This document shows positions 38,143 through 48,503 of a DNA stretch of 64,000 bases, one piece after another. Numbering within the stretch: position 1 is the first letter of the stretch; each line of letters opens with the position of its first letter. The translations under genes and the position numbers were made by a program. Origin of the DNA: Spirochaetota bacterium (lineage in GTDB: Bacteria > Spirochaetota > UBA4802 > UBA5550); assembly GCA_963664815.2 (NCBI GenBank), contig CAXXHB010000003.1, forward strand, positions 1,152,001 to 1,216,000. The letters are read 5' to 3'. Below the pieces are notes generated by a model that saw only the letters and a list, made by a program, of their open reading frames with translations, did no database searches and was not told where the DNA came from.

Positions 38143-39216
38143 TTAAAAATTTACTCCAGCTCCTGCAAAACACACTCCGATATCCATCGATTCATTTTTT
38201 AAAAATATTCTTTTATAAAGAACCCCTGTTTTTAAGGTTAAGGAAGACAAATTATATATAATATATGTTGAAATATCAATATCTGGATCGGTAGATTTTT
38301 TTTCAGCCAGGGATGATACAAAAGGTTTCTCGGGATTTAATGTAATAGTTGTACTTGTCATTCCTCCTCCCGCTGAAATTGATATACCAATGAAAGTATT
38401 AAACATTCGGGTATAGCATAAGGATATGTCACCGCTTTTTATATGAATTTGAGAATAAGTACTTGTATGTTTGTTTTCTGAATCACTTTGAATTGAATTA
38501 TATTTTAAAGATAAAGAAAAATGTTCTGATAAATCAATATCAATAAATGGTGCAAAATATAAAGAATTGTTGTAAACTGACGCCCATTTCCCAAAAATAA
38601 AAACGTATCCTCCATCAACACCGGTTGTTATAATACTAAAAGGCCTATATAGAGACATGAATGGCGATTTTTTTAATTTTTTTTCATTTTGTATATCAAT
38701 ATTTTTAATATATTCGTTGATTTTTTGTGATACTAAATCTGTTGTTTCTGTAAATTGAACACCTAATTCACTACTTTCCTGATCAATTATTTTTATATCT
38801 TCTGAAGTGGCATTAAAAATAATAACTTGCAGTGTTAGTTTCATGTTGATAACGTTAAAAAAACCTGTTATTATATAATCAGATTTATGTTTAAAACTCA
38901 GATCCTTAAGTGTATTTATATACTTTTCCTTTTCTGTTTTATTCTTGAGATCCGTTTCAATAGAAAACGGACCAGCTTCTCGATGGATTTTATATTTTCC
39001 TGAGTTTTGAAGATTTTTAGTAATGCTTTCAGGTATTATTGTGGAGTAAAATTGATGATTTTCTTTATAGTCTTTAATGTCATTATAATTATCTGTTGTT
39101 AAAAAATTATATATAAGAAGATTGTTTTTGCCGGAATAATTTAAACTATTTGAATATAAATTAGTGTTTAAAACTATTATTGTCTGGATGAAGAATATTA
39201 ATTTTAGTAATTTCAT
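38143..39216 (-). CDS. Putative outer-membrane protein (periplasmic alpha/beta domain + C-terminal beta-barrel)
   Basis: Signal peptide, SDYIITGFF TolB-N/CsgG-like motif, alternating beta-strands ending GAGVNF. Confidence 0.6.
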   Translation of the reverse strand: MKLLKLIFFIQTIIVLNTNLYSNSLNYSGKNNLLIYNFLTTDNYNDIKDYKENHQFYSTIIPESITKNLQNSGKYKIHREAGPFSIETDLKNKTEKEKYINTLKDLSFKHKSDYIITGFFNVINMKLTLQVIIFNATSEDIKIIDQESSELGVQFTETTDLVSQKINEYIKNIDIQNEKKLKKSPFMSLYRPFSIITTGVDGGYVFIFGKWASVYNNSLYFAPFIDIDLSEHFSLSLKYNSIQSDSENKHTSTYSQIHIKSGDISLCYTRMFNTFIGISISAGGGMTSTTITLNPEKPFVSSLAEKKSTDPDIDISTYIIYNLSSLTLKTGVLYKRIFLKNESMDIGVCFAGAGVNF

Positions 39217-39335
39217 TACGTGAGTTAAATATCTCCTTTCATTATAAATATCATTATATTCATTGTTGTCAATTTGTTTTTAAGTTGAACCTTGATCTTA
39301 ATGTCCAGATATTTAGTTTTAATAATACGGATACA

Positions 39336-40523
39336 TTATGTTGAGTATGAGGCGTTTATTTTGACATAATCGTATGATATGTCGGTAGTAAGCATAGATG
39401 CAGTACCAGCTCCAATCCCTACATCAACAGTGATAGTGTAATTTCGTTGTTTAAGTGTTTCTTCAAGATCTTTGTAATCGATATTGGTAGGTTTACCTTT
39501 TATAAATAATCCCTTATTATTTATAAAAATTGAGAGTTTTTTTTCATCTATTTCTCCACCGGAATAACCAGCCGCGCATGCAATTCTTCCCCAATTGGGG
39601 TCATTTCCAAAAAAGGCTGTTTTTACAAGCAGTGATTTGGATACCGATGCAGCGATTAATCCGGCTTCTTTATCATTTGCTGCATTTGTTACTTTTATTT
39701 TTACAGATTTAGTGGCTCCTTCCCCATCGAAAATGAGCAGTTCGGCAAGTCTGTTCATGACATGTTCTAGAGAAAGCTTAAATTCCAGCAATGAATCTCC
39801 CCTTAAGCAAGTTTCTGATTCGGGGGATAATAGAATAGCTGTATCATTTGTTGACATATCACCATCTATTGTTATAGCATTAAAAGTCCTTTTTACAATT
39901 TCTTTGAATATTTGATCCATATCAGATTTTGCTACAGGCGCATCAGTAATAATAAACGAGAGAAGAGTGGCCATATTTGGAGAGATCATGCCTGAACCTT
40001 TGGCAATACCTGCAACAGAATATGTTGTTCCATTATGTTCAAAAGATGCAGCCGCTTCCTTGGGAATTGTGTCAGTGGTCATTATCGCTTCTGCAATGGA
40101 ATGACCGTTGTTTTCTGATAAATTGCTGACAAGATGAGGATGTGCTAAAAGCATTTTATCTACAGGGAGTTGTCGCCCGATAATACCGGTGGATGCAGAG
40201 AGAATGTTTTTTTCGGAAACCTTAAGCTTTTTTGCTAAATCTTCCGTGAGTTTCAATACATTTTCATAACCTTCATCTCCTGTACATGCATTAGCATTTG
40301 TTGAATTAACAAGGATAGCATGAATTTTGTTGTTAATCCGGCTTCTGGATATTTTAACCGGAGCTGCGGTAATACTGTTTGTTGTAAAAACTCCAACAGC
40401 ATTGCATGGAATTTCTGAAAAGATTAACCCATAATCGAGCTTGTTTTCATATCTGATGCCGCATTTGATTGATGAAAACGAAAATCCTTTTACATTCTGA
40501 AATCCACCTTCTAAAATTTTCAT
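39336..40523 (-). CDS. argJ: Bifunctional ornithine acetyltransferase / N-acetylglutamate synthase
   Basis: NANACTG, STGIIG, AIMTTDT, KGSGMISPNMATLL, DGDMSTND, DGEGATK, DPNWGR. Confidence 0.97.
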   Translation of the reverse strand: MKILEGGFQNVKGFSFSSIKCGIRYENKLDYGLIFSEIPCNAVGVFTTNSITAAPVKISRSRINNKIHAILVNSTNANACTGDEGYENVLKLTEDLAKKLKVSEKNILSASTGIIGRQLPVDKMLLAHPHLVSNLSENNGHSIAEAIMTTDTIPKEAAASFEHNGTTYSVAGIAKGSGMISPNMATLLSFIITDAPVAKSDMDQIFKEIVKRTFNAITIDGDMSTNDTAILLSPESETCLRGDSLLEFKLSLEHVMNRLAELLIFDGEGATKSVKIKVTNAANDKEAGLIAASVSKSLLVKTAFFGNDPNWGRIACAAGYSGGEIDEKKLSIFINNKGLFIKGKPTNIDYKDLEETLKQRNYTITVDVGIGAGTASMLTTDISYDYVKINASYST

Positions 40524-40569
40524 TGTAATCTCCTGAATTTGATTTAACCTGAAAATAAAATATCACTTT

Positions 40570-40736
40570 TATAGCATTTTACGATTGAAATAGAAGATAG
40601 CCTGTCATTCCGAGGAAGTGGTATAGACTGAGCAGTTCGTAAGGCTCACTGACCGTTATTAATGGTTGCTGAGCAGAGTCGAAGCACTCACATATGTTCG
40701 AAAAGATAAGGCCAAATTATTTCGTAAAATGATATA
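40570..40736 (-). mobile_element. MITE-like repeat copy 3 (inverted, most intact, 167 bp)
   Basis: TATAGCATTTTACGA...TCGTAAAATGATATA terminal inverted repeats bounded by TA; internal GGTTGCTGAGCAGAGTCGAAGC REP-like arm. Confidence 0.88.
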
Positions 40737-41062
40737 ACTACTGTTAAAAGTCTGTTCTTTGTGAAGCCGGTTAAAATACATAATAAATGTGATTAAAATT
40801 CATGTGTAATCTGCAATATTGATAATGATTTAACAATATTGAATGAATTATGTATCATTTGAGGCAAGAAATAAATATTTTTTATGATGAAATAATTAAA
40901 CGCTAATAATTTTAATCGGTTTTGCTGATAATTGTGTATATTATGATGAACCGGTAATAGAAAGATAGATATCGTGAGAATTATATTTACCAATAAAAAT
41001 TGAATTCCAAAAAAAAGATATTGAAAAAAAAAGAAATATTTTATAGAGAATAAAATAATAGT

Positions 41063-41419
41063 ATGGATAAATTCAGGTATATATCAGCAGTGGAAATAAA
41101 ACGAAAAGGAAATGTGATAGTTGTTTCACTGCCAAAGTATTTTTATATCGGCAATATCGCAGAAATTGAAGGTGTCTGGGAGAAAATATTAAATAACGAA
41201 GCATCAGTTATCGGTTTCGATTGTGATAAACTAGAATTTATTGATTCTTCGGCAATAGGCACACTTGTTAAGTTTTTTAACAGTTCTGTTAAAAATAATA
41301 TAGAAATGTTTGTTTTTGGACTTAAGACAGAATTACAGAAAATTTTTGATACAACAAAAATTAATCGTGTGATGTCTGTTATCTCTAAAGAAGAGTTCGA
41401 TCAGAGATTTTTAGAATAA
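41063..41419 (+). CDS. STAS-domain anti-sigma factor antagonist
   Basis: FDCDKLEFIDSSAIGTLV phospho-Ser motif. Confidence 0.92.
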   Translation: MDKFRYISAVEIKRKGNVIVVSLPKYFYIGNIAEIEGVWEKILNNEASVIGFDCDKLEFIDSSAIGTLVKFFNSSVKNNIEMFVFGLKTELQKIFDTTKINRVMSVISKEEFDQRFLE

Positions 41420-41443
41420 TATCATATATTCAGGTTTAATTTA

Positions 41444-41935
41444 TTGGATAATATCAAAAAATTAATAAAATATTTTCCTTCTGTTATACTGGTACTGATT
41501 GTCATTCAGTCTTTTTTTGCATGCAGTTCTTATCAAAACACAACTTGGCCTTATGTATTTCCCGGAACAAAGCGATATTCGGTAGTTAAAACCGCTGAAA
41601 AATTTTTAGGAGTCAGGTATAAATTTGGCGGGAGTGATCCTGCAGGTTTTGATTGTTCAGGTTATTCAAGTTATGTCTACAAAATGAACGGATTGCTTAT
41701 ACCTCATTCGGCGCAGCAGCAGTTTGCTAACGGAAAAAGAATTGGAATAAGAAAAGCCAGACCTGGTGATCTGGTTTTTTTCAGAATTTCAGGATGGAAA
41801 ATTTCTCATGTAGCAATTTATATGGGGAATTACAGGTTTATTCATGCTCCCAGCAGTGGTAAACATGTTTCTTTTGATGATATAAGAAAAGATTATTGGC
41901 GTAAAAGATACGCAGGTACTGTAACATATTTTTAA
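41444..41935 (+). CDS. NlpC/P60 cell-wall peptidase lipoprotein
   Basis: FFAC lipobox, YKFGG..GFDCSG, PGDLVFF, SHVAIY, FIHA. Confidence 0.94.
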   Translation: MDNIKKLIKYFPSVILVLIVIQSFFACSSYQNTTWPYVFPGTKRYSVVKTAEKFLGVRYKFGGSDPAGFDCSGYSSYVYKMNGLLIPHSAQQQFANGKRIGIRKARPGDLVFFRISGWKISHVAIYMGNYRFIHAPSSGKHVSFDDIRKDYWRKRYAGTVTYF

Positions 41936-42115
41936 GATTCTTTCCTCAACACTCTGTGTGAATGAAATAATTAAATAACTTTTTTTACTGAAAGCATAAA
42001 ACTGATCCTTTGTTATTGGTTTTAATGCAATTTTCAGTAATTTGGAATATTTTATATTATTTTTTTCTTTTTATCTACTTTTAATCAAAGACGAATGAGA
42101 AATATTTATTATTTC

Positions 42116-42144
42116 TTGACAGATTAGTATTTAAATATTAGTAT
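42116..42144 (+). promoter_or_regulatory. Sigma-70 promoter of coaD
   Basis: TTGACA-17 nt-TAGTAT. Confidence 0.6.
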
Positions 42145-42169
42145 TAACGTGTATAAATTTTGGAGAATT

Positions 42170-42655
42170 ATGCGGGTTGGAATTTATCCTGGATCATTTG
42201 ATCCTTTAACATATGGTCATCTCGATATTATCGAGAGAGCAACAAAAATATGTGACAGGTTAGTAGTTGGTATACTTGTTAACAGTGCAAAAAAATCTTT
42301 GTTTACACACGAAGAGAGAGTTGATTTAGTAAAGCACTGTTGTAGTGACATTAACTCAAATATAGAGGTAGTATCGTTTGGTGGATTGCTTGTTGATTTT
42401 TGCAGAGATTACAATATATCCTGCATAATCAGGGGATTACGTGCAGTAAGTGATTTCGAATATGAAATTACAATAGCTTCTTTAAATAAAAGACTTGCCC
42501 CTGATGTAGAAACAATATTTCTTATGGGAAAAGATGAAAATCTTTTTGTTTCATCAACACTTGTAAAGGAAGTGGCAATCTATAATGGTGATATCTCAAC
42601 ACTTGTTCCTCCATATGTAGCCGAAAAAATTCGTCAAAAACTCTCCGCCGCGTAG
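42170..42655 (+). CDS. coaD: Phosphopantetheine adenylyltransferase
   Basis: YPGSFDPLTYGHLDII, RGLRAVSDFEYE, SSTLVKE. Confidence 0.97.
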   Translation: MRVGIYPGSFDPLTYGHLDIIERATKICDRLVVGILVNSAKKSLFTHEERVDLVKHCCSDINSNIEVVSFGGLLVDFCRDYNISCIIRGLRAVSDFEYEITIASLNKRLAPDVETIFLMGKDENLFVSSTLVKEVAIYNGDISTLVPPYVAEKIRQKLSAA

Positions 42656-42773
42656 CTTAATTTATATACTTGCTGTATATTGTTACGTCAGGATTTATAC
42701 CGATTTAAAATTGCAGATTAAATGGGCTGTTCAATCAGTCTGAAAATTAAACATGCGGTAAGGGAGGTATGAA

Positions 42774-44303
42774 ATGACTGTTATTATTTTAGCTGCAGCA
42801 CTCCCTGTTGCTGGGATTCTGGGATATGCATTAAGATCATATTTTGGAAGAATAAAATTGAATTCAGCAGAGGCTAGATCTCACAGAATTATACAGGATG
42901 CATTAAAAGAGGCTGAGAATAAAAGAAAGGAACTTTTAATTGAAGCAAAGGATCAGTTGCTTAAAGAAAAGAATATTCTTGATAAGGAAATGAGAGAAAG
43001 GAGACAGGAGCTTTTAGTCACTGAAAAAAGATTTTTTCAGAAAGAGGAAGCTATCGATGCCAAGCTGGAAGAGATTCAGAAACAGGAAAAAAGCCTGGAA
43101 TTAAGAGATCAGGAAACCAAAGAGAAACAGGAAGAACTGAGGAAAGAATTTGAAAAACACAGGCAGGAGTTGGAAAGAATTGCCGGGATGAGTTCAGAAG
43201 AGGCAAAAAATCTTCTTTTGAAAAATGTTGAAAATGATGCCAGATTTGATGTGTCCAGATTGATTAATAAAATTGAAGAGGAGGCAAAAAGAACTGCTGA
43301 TAAAAAAGCCAAGGATATTATTGTTTCCGCTCTTCAGAGAAACGCATCAGAGTATACTTCAGAGAATACAGTTACAACGGTTTCCCTTCCTTCTGATGAA
43401 ATGAAGGGAAGAATTATAGGTAGAGAAGGGCGTAATATCAGAACTCTGGAAAATCTGACTGGAGTAGATATGATAATTGATGATACTCCAGAGGTTGTTG
43501 TAATATCAGGATTTGATCCTGTAAGAAGGGAAATCGCAAGATTGTCACTTGAGCGTCTTATTCAGAATGGACGTATACATCCTGCAAGAATTGAAGAGGT
43601 TGTAGAAAAGATAACCAAGGAAATAGAAGAGACAATGCTTGAAGAGGGGGAAAAAGCTGCATATTCGCTTGGAATACCGGGTCTTCATAAAGATGCTCTT
43701 TATAATGTCGGAAAGCTTAAATTCAGAACAAGTTATGGTCAGGATGTTCTTGCACATAGTATTGAAGTGGCTAATCTTGCAGGTATTATGGCTGGTGAGC
43801 TTGGACTTGATGTTCAGCTGGCGAAGAGGTCTGGACTCCTCCATGATGTTGGGAAGGGGAGCATAGTCGAGGGGGAGGGCGCTCATGCAATAGTCGGCGC
43901 CGAGATGGCGAAAAAGTTCGGTGAGTCTGATAAGTGTATAAACATTATTGCATCTCATCATAATGATCGTGAGCCCGAGTCATTTGAAGCGGTACTTGTG
44001 CAGGTGGCAGATGCCATTTCAGCTTCACGCCCTGGAGCAAGAAGAGAATCTCTTGATACTTATATTAAACGTCTTGAGAACCTCGAGAGAATTGCATCTG
44101 ATTTTAAAGGAGTTGAAAAGACTTTTGCGATACAGGCAGGAAGAGAACTGAGAGTAATGGTGGATAACTCATTAATCTCAGATGAAAGAGCTGAACAGAT
44201 GGCAAGAGACATTGCACAAAAAATTGAATCAGAACTTAAATACCCCGGTATAGTGAGGGTGACTGTAATACGGGAGACACGAGTCATAGATTACGCAAGA
44301 TAG
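42774..44303 (+). CDS. rny: Ribonuclease Y
   Basis: N-terminal TM and coiled coil, KGRIIGREGRNIR KH domain, LLHDVGK HD domain, ADAISASRPGAR. Confidence 0.98.
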   Translation: MTVIILAAALPVAGILGYALRSYFGRIKLNSAEARSHRIIQDALKEAENKRKELLIEAKDQLLKEKNILDKEMRERRQELLVTEKRFFQKEEAIDAKLEEIQKQEKSLELRDQETKEKQEELRKEFEKHRQELERIAGMSSEEAKNLLLKNVENDARFDVSRLINKIEEEAKRTADKKAKDIIVSALQRNASEYTSENTVTTVSLPSDEMKGRIIGREGRNIRTLENLTGVDMIIDDTPEVVVISGFDPVRREIARLSLERLIQNGRIHPARIEEVVEKITKEIEETMLEEGEKAAYSLGIPGLHKDALYNVGKLKFRTSYGQDVLAHSIEVANLAGIMAGELGLDVQLAKRSGLLHDVGKGSIVEGEGAHAIVGAEMAKKFGESDKCINIIASHHNDREPESFEAVLVQVADAISASRPGARRESLDTYIKRLENLERIASDFKGVEKTFAIQAGRELRVMVDNSLISDERAEQMARDIAQKIESELKYPGIVRVTVIRETRVIDYAR

Positions 44304-44324
44304 CACTTAATATTTTTTTCGATG

Positions 44325-44354
44325 AAAGAGGATTCCGCAGGGTATCCTCTTTTT
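44325..44354 (+). terminator. Terminator after rny
   Basis: AAAGAGGAT...ATCCTCTTT followed by T tract. Confidence 0.75.
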
Positions 44355-44442
44355 ATTTATATGGAATATTATTCTCAAAAAGGATTAGACAGTGTGAAGT
44401 AAAAAATATATCTGTTGTTTTATAATATAAATTGGAAGTGAC

Positions 44443-45219
44443 ATGAAAGAGATTCGAGTATTTGTTATTGGAGATATCGTTGGTAAGGCTGGAAGAAATA
44501 TATTAGCAAGTAAACTCCCGGGACTTATTGATCGAGAAAGAATTGATGTCGTTATTGCAAATGGCGAGAATTCTGCCGGAGGGATGGGTATGACTCCGGA
44601 AGTAACAAGAGAACTTTTTTCCAGAAGTATCAATGTTATCACATCCGGAAATCACATATGGAATAATAGTGATATTCTTGAGATAATAGATGCCGATCTG
44701 AATCTGCTTCGTCCTGCAAATTATCCTCCGGATGTTGTAGGCAAAGGGTACTGTATTATAAATTTTAAGGGAATAAATATCTGTGTCATCAATTTAATGG
44801 GGAGGATACTTATGACTGCGCTTGATTGCCCTTTCCGCAAGTTCGACGAAATTTATTCAAAAGTAAAAAATGAATCGAATATTATCATAGTTGATTTTCA
44901 TGCAGAGGCTACATCTGAAAAGCAGGCATTCGGGTGGTATGTTGATGGAAGGGCGTCTGCGGTGTTCGGGACTCATACTCATGTACAAACTGCTGATGAG
45001 AGAATTCTTCACCATGGAACTGGTTATATAACTGATATCGGGATGACGGGAGCTTTCGACTCAGTTATTGGAATGAAAACAGAAAAATCGATAAGGTTTT
45101 TTCTTTCACAGGCCAGAGTGAAATTTGAGGCTTCAGAGGAGAATCCTGGTATTAACGGTGCCATCTTTACAGTAACGGATTCCGGAAAAACCGTTGCAAT
45201 TAAAAGAATAAGGGAATAG
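44443..45219 (+). CDS. ymdB: YmdB (TIGR00282) metallophosphoesterase
   Basis: GDIVG, NGEN, TSGNH, DFHAEATSEK, GTHTHVQT; rny-ymdB synteny. Confidence 0.95.
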   Translation: MKEIRVFVIGDIVGKAGRNILASKLPGLIDRERIDVVIANGENSAGGMGMTPEVTRELFSRSINVITSGNHIWNNSDILEIIDADLNLLRPANYPPDVVGKGYCIINFKGINICVINLMGRILMTALDCPFRKFDEIYSKVKNESNIIIVDFHAEATSEKQAFGWYVDGRASAVFGTHTHVQTADERILHHGTGYITDIGMTGAFDSVIGMKTEKSIRFFLSQARVKFEASEENPGINGAIFTVTDSGKTVAIKRIRE

Positions 45220-45229
45220 AATATTATAA

Positions 45230-45862
45230 TTATTTTTTGTCTATATTATCAGTGATCTTTTTCACACGATCTTTGTCTGACTGGAATCTGAAATAATCAA
45301 ACAGAATATATTTATTTTTTTTATCAGTAACCTTCGGATAAACAACTTTTATAATATCAATAAGTTCATTGGTGTCTGTTTTTCTGAACTGGTTGAGTAG
45401 CTCTATAAGCTGGGAGAAAGAAAAATAATTATTTTCTGAAGCAATTTTTATTACTTCAACTTTTTCGCTGTTGAATTTTTTAACTTTAAGATTATTAACC
45501 AATAATTTAAAATCAGTATCAGTCATCTCTTTTATTTCTGTATCAAGTTGTTCTTTCTTTGTTTCATCATTTGTTATAACGGCATCAAGCGGTATTGCAG
45601 CGATCAGGATACGTATAGCTTTGAGTTCTTTAATCGCTTCAGCCCTTTCAAGACTTCCCAGTTTGGTGATGTACTCATATTCAAGTTTGTCAATTCTGGA
45701 TTTGATTATAGTGATGATCTGATCAGATTTTATTTTACCGCCTTTTGACTCGGTAATGTCAATGGGTAGTGATCCTTCATCTGTCTTAAGAATTATTTCT
45801 TTTGCGCTTATATTCAGGGAGAATGTAATTAAAATAGAAGTGATTATAATTTTAAATTTCAT
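45230..45862 (-). CDS. Secreted protein with C-terminal DUF4476-like domain
   Basis: Signal peptide; MTDTDF..L...F.SEK..YPKVTDKKN...F.F.SDK pattern. Confidence 0.7.
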   Translation of the reverse strand: MKFKIIITSILITFSLNISAKEIILKTDEGSLPIDITESKGGKIKSDQIITIIKSRIDKLEYEYITKLGSLERAEAIKELKAIRILIAAIPLDAVITNDETKKEQLDTEIKEMTDTDFKLLVNNLKVKKFNSEKVEVIKIASENNYFSFSQLIELLNQFRKTDTNELIDIIKVVYPKVTDKKNKYILFDYFRFQSDKDRVKKITDNIDKK

Positions 45863-46061
45863 GGTAACGCCTCACATCGGGTATTTTAAGATTCCGGTAT
45901 TACAGAAAAATAACAATGATTGGGAATTATTTAGCTGTTATATGTAAAAGAGATATTTGTCAAATAATTAACTTTTTTATTTTTTAATAAATGATTTTAA
46001 ATTTCACTGAAAGTAGTTTTTTTTGTATTGGTCATTGACTTCATGCTAAAATCAGGTTTGT

Positions 46062-46928
46062 TTAAATCAGCGTTAAAAGTTCCTCTTTTTTAAAATTATA
46101 CTCTTTTGTGCAAAAAGTGCATGTAATGGAGGCTCCTCCATCTTTTTCGATCATATCTTTAATATCATCTTTGTTTATAGTTTTTAGCAGGTTGAACAGA
46201 GTTTCATGGGAACACCGGCATTTATGCAGCAGTGGCAGAGTACTCAAAATCTCTGTTTTCTTGTAATCAAACAATTCTTCAACAATAGCACAGATATTTT
46301 CTCCCTGTTGCAGCCTGTCTCCGAGGTGTCGGTTCATTTTTTTTATGTTGTCTTCAACCTTCTCTATTGCTGAGATGTCAGTATCCGGAAATGTCTGTAT
46401 GAGTATACCACCAGATGAAGTTATCTCACCTTCACGGTCAATGTTAAGTCCTATGATTACCGCAGAGGGAGTTTGTTCCGATGTCACAAGGTAATATGCA
46501 AGGTCGGATGCGACTTCTCCGTTCATTAGCGGAGTTACACTGCTGTATGGTTCATTCGCACCTGTATTCTTTATAACAGTGAGAAGACCGGCTCCGATTG
46601 ATTTTGAAAAACTGATTTGATGCATATCATCAGTGATATCAACCATGGGATTTGCAATATATCCGCGAAGATTTCCGAAAGCATCAACCTGAACGTGTAC
46701 CTCCCTGATCGGACCACTTCCGGAAAACTTCAGAATCAGACTTTGATTGGTTTGAGGCTTCAATGTAGCACTTAATAAGGCTCCTGCATTGACTGTTCTC
46801 CCAAGAGCTACGGTTGCATTGGGTGTTGTTTTATGCAGTTTTGTAATCTCCCTGACTATATCAAGAGATGTTACTGTATAAGCTCTGAGTTTTAATGATT
46901 CACAATAAATACGTGATATATGATCCAT
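46062..46928 (-). CDS. hslO: Hsp33 redox-regulated chaperone
   Basis: ALGR, GNLRGY, YLVTSEQTPSA, GGILIQ, CRC...CTFC zinc motif. Confidence 0.96.
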   Translation of the reverse strand: MDHISRIYCESLKLRAYTVTSLDIVREITKLHKTTPNATVALGRTVNAGALLSATLKPQTNQSLILKFSGSGPIREVHVQVDAFGNLRGYIANPMVDITDDMHQISFSKSIGAGLLTVIKNTGANEPYSSVTPLMNGEVASDLAYYLVTSEQTPSAVIIGLNIDREGEITSSGGILIQTFPDTDISAIEKVEDNIKKMNRHLGDRLQQGENICAIVEELFDYKKTEILSTLPLLHKCRCSHETLFNLLKTINKDDIKDMIEKDGGASITCTFCTKEYNFKKEELLTLI

Positions 46929-47128
46929 TTATTATCCTTTTAATAACTTTGTTCAGTTCCAAAGGCACCTCTTCTTTCAAGAGGAATTGAAGAGGAATGA
47001 AAGAAGAGTTTTTATATTCCCTTACGAGGGTTTTGGTAATTGTCTTCACAGTTTCAAGATTTGTTTTAACACCTTTCCCGATAAAATTTGATCCTGCGTT
47101 AACATAGTTAATTACTAAATTTTTATTT

Positions 47129-47692
47129 TTAATTCCATTTAATATCGTGACGAATTTTTGCCGAGAATAACTCCGTCAGCAGATTATTTAAGTTATCCTT
47201 TACAATGAGATTTGAAAGATGTGTTTCTTTCAGAAAACCCTCTATAACCATAAGCTCAAACTGTTTTATCAGGTTGTTGTAAAAACCTTTTATATTAAGA
47301 AGGAGTATCGGTTTTGAGTGATAACCAAGTTGAAGCCATGTAAATACTTCTAAGAGTTCTTCAAGAGATCCAATTCCTCCAGGGAGGCAGATGAATGCAT
47401 CGGACATGCTGTACATCATCGCCTTTCTTTCATGCATTGTTTTTACCACTATAAGTTCCGATATGTTTTTATGGGGAACATGTTTATTTATCATTTCGGG
47501 GATTATACCGGTAACGTGTCCCCCTCTGTTCATCATTGTAGATGAAAGAATTCCCATCAATCCGATATCACCCCCTCCGTATACAAGAGAAACAGAGTTG
47601 TCAACGAGGTAATCACCAAGTGCAGCAGCCATATTTGAATAGGTGGGATCATTTCCTGTACTTGATCCGCAAAAGACACAGATTTTTATCAT
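47129..47692 (-). CDS. LOG family (TIGR00730) nucleotide phosphoribohydrolase
   Basis: ICVFCGSS, LVYGGG..GLMG, MHERK, PGGIGSLEE; start moved to MIKICV. Confidence 0.94.
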   Translation of the reverse strand: MIKICVFCGSSTGNDPTYSNMAAALGDYLVDNSVSLVYGGGDIGLMGILSSTMMNRGGHVTGIIPEMINKHVPHKNISELIVVKTMHERKAMMYSMSDAFICLPGGIGSLEELLEVFTWLQLGYHSKPILLLNIKGFYNNLIKQFELMVIEGFLKETHLSNLIVKDNLNNLLTELFSAKIRHDIKWN

Positions 47693-47804
47693 ATTTTTTC
47701 TTACTATTAAATATAAAAGATTAAAATTAATGATTATATAGAATAATTTACCAAAAAAAGGCAATGATTTTCAGTGAAGATAGCTGTTTTTTATTGATAA
47801 AGTA

Positions 47805-47839
47805 TTGACAATTATATAACTAAATAGTTAGTTATATAA
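47805..47839 (+). promoter_or_regulatory. Promoter -35 with overlapping palindromic TetR operator
   Basis: TTGACA at 47805; TTATATAACTA-aatagt-TAGTTATATAA 11-bp inverted repeat at 47812-47839. Confidence 0.75.
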
Positions 47840-47870
47840 AAAAAGTAAAAAATCAGGTTATATAGCAACT

Positions 47871-48503
47871 ATGAAGAAAAAAGGAGATATCAGCAGTGAG
47901 GAAAAAGTGATTGCTGCTGCAATTGATGAATTCGCCGAGAATGGATATGCTGGCGCAAGAGTGGACATTATAGCTGAGAAAGCAAAGGTTAATAAAGCGA
48001 TGATTTACTATCATTTCAAGAGTAAAGAATTACTTTATGAACGGATTTTGAAGGACATAACTGATGATATCTTCCGGCAGGTGCAGGATGCAGCTGTAAC
48101 AGAAGGGGATTCTGTTGAAGTATTTTATACTATAATAAAGCGATATATCAGCATGCTTAATTCATTCGACAGGAGTGTGTTTCAGATTATGCTGCGTGAG
48201 ATAGCAAGCGGAGCCAAACATTTTCGTAAAATTGCTATACCGAATCTTGCTGTTCCGATTATATCCCTGATACAACCGCTGATTCAGTCTGCAATAGACA
48301 AAAAGATGATGAGAGAAAATAATCCTTATTATACATTTCTTCAGATAATTGGAGGTATAATATTTTTCAATATAATAAAAATTCCCATGGAGGGATCAGT
48401 TCTCGAAAAAACAGTTTTCGGTGAAGGATATCTTGATGAATACACAGAAAATTTATTCAATATTCTGAAAAACGGAATAGAATTGAGGGATGGAAAATTA
48501 TGA
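47871..48503 (+). CDS. TetR/AcrR family regulator of the efflux operon
   Basis: EFAENGYAGARVDIIAEKAKVNKAMIYYHFKSKE. Confidence 0.94.
   Translation: MKKKGDISSEEKVIAAAIDEFAENGYAGARVDIIAEKAKVNKAMIYYHFKSKELLYERILKDITDDIFRQVQDAAVTEGDSVEVFYTIIKRYISMLNSFDRSVFQIMLREIASGAKHFRKIAIPNLAVPIISLIQPLIQSAIDKKMMRENNPYYTFLQIIGGIIFFNIIKIPMEGSVLEKTVFGEGYLDEYTENLFNILKNGIELRDGKL

Noticed and set aside
42656-42773. 6S RNA upstream of rny
   Set aside because: Spacer is about 118 nt with only one short imperfect hairpin
43800-44050. Local GC-rich patch in rny
   Set aside because: Largely explained by Gly/Ala-rich HD-domain codons; no boundaries or repeats seen
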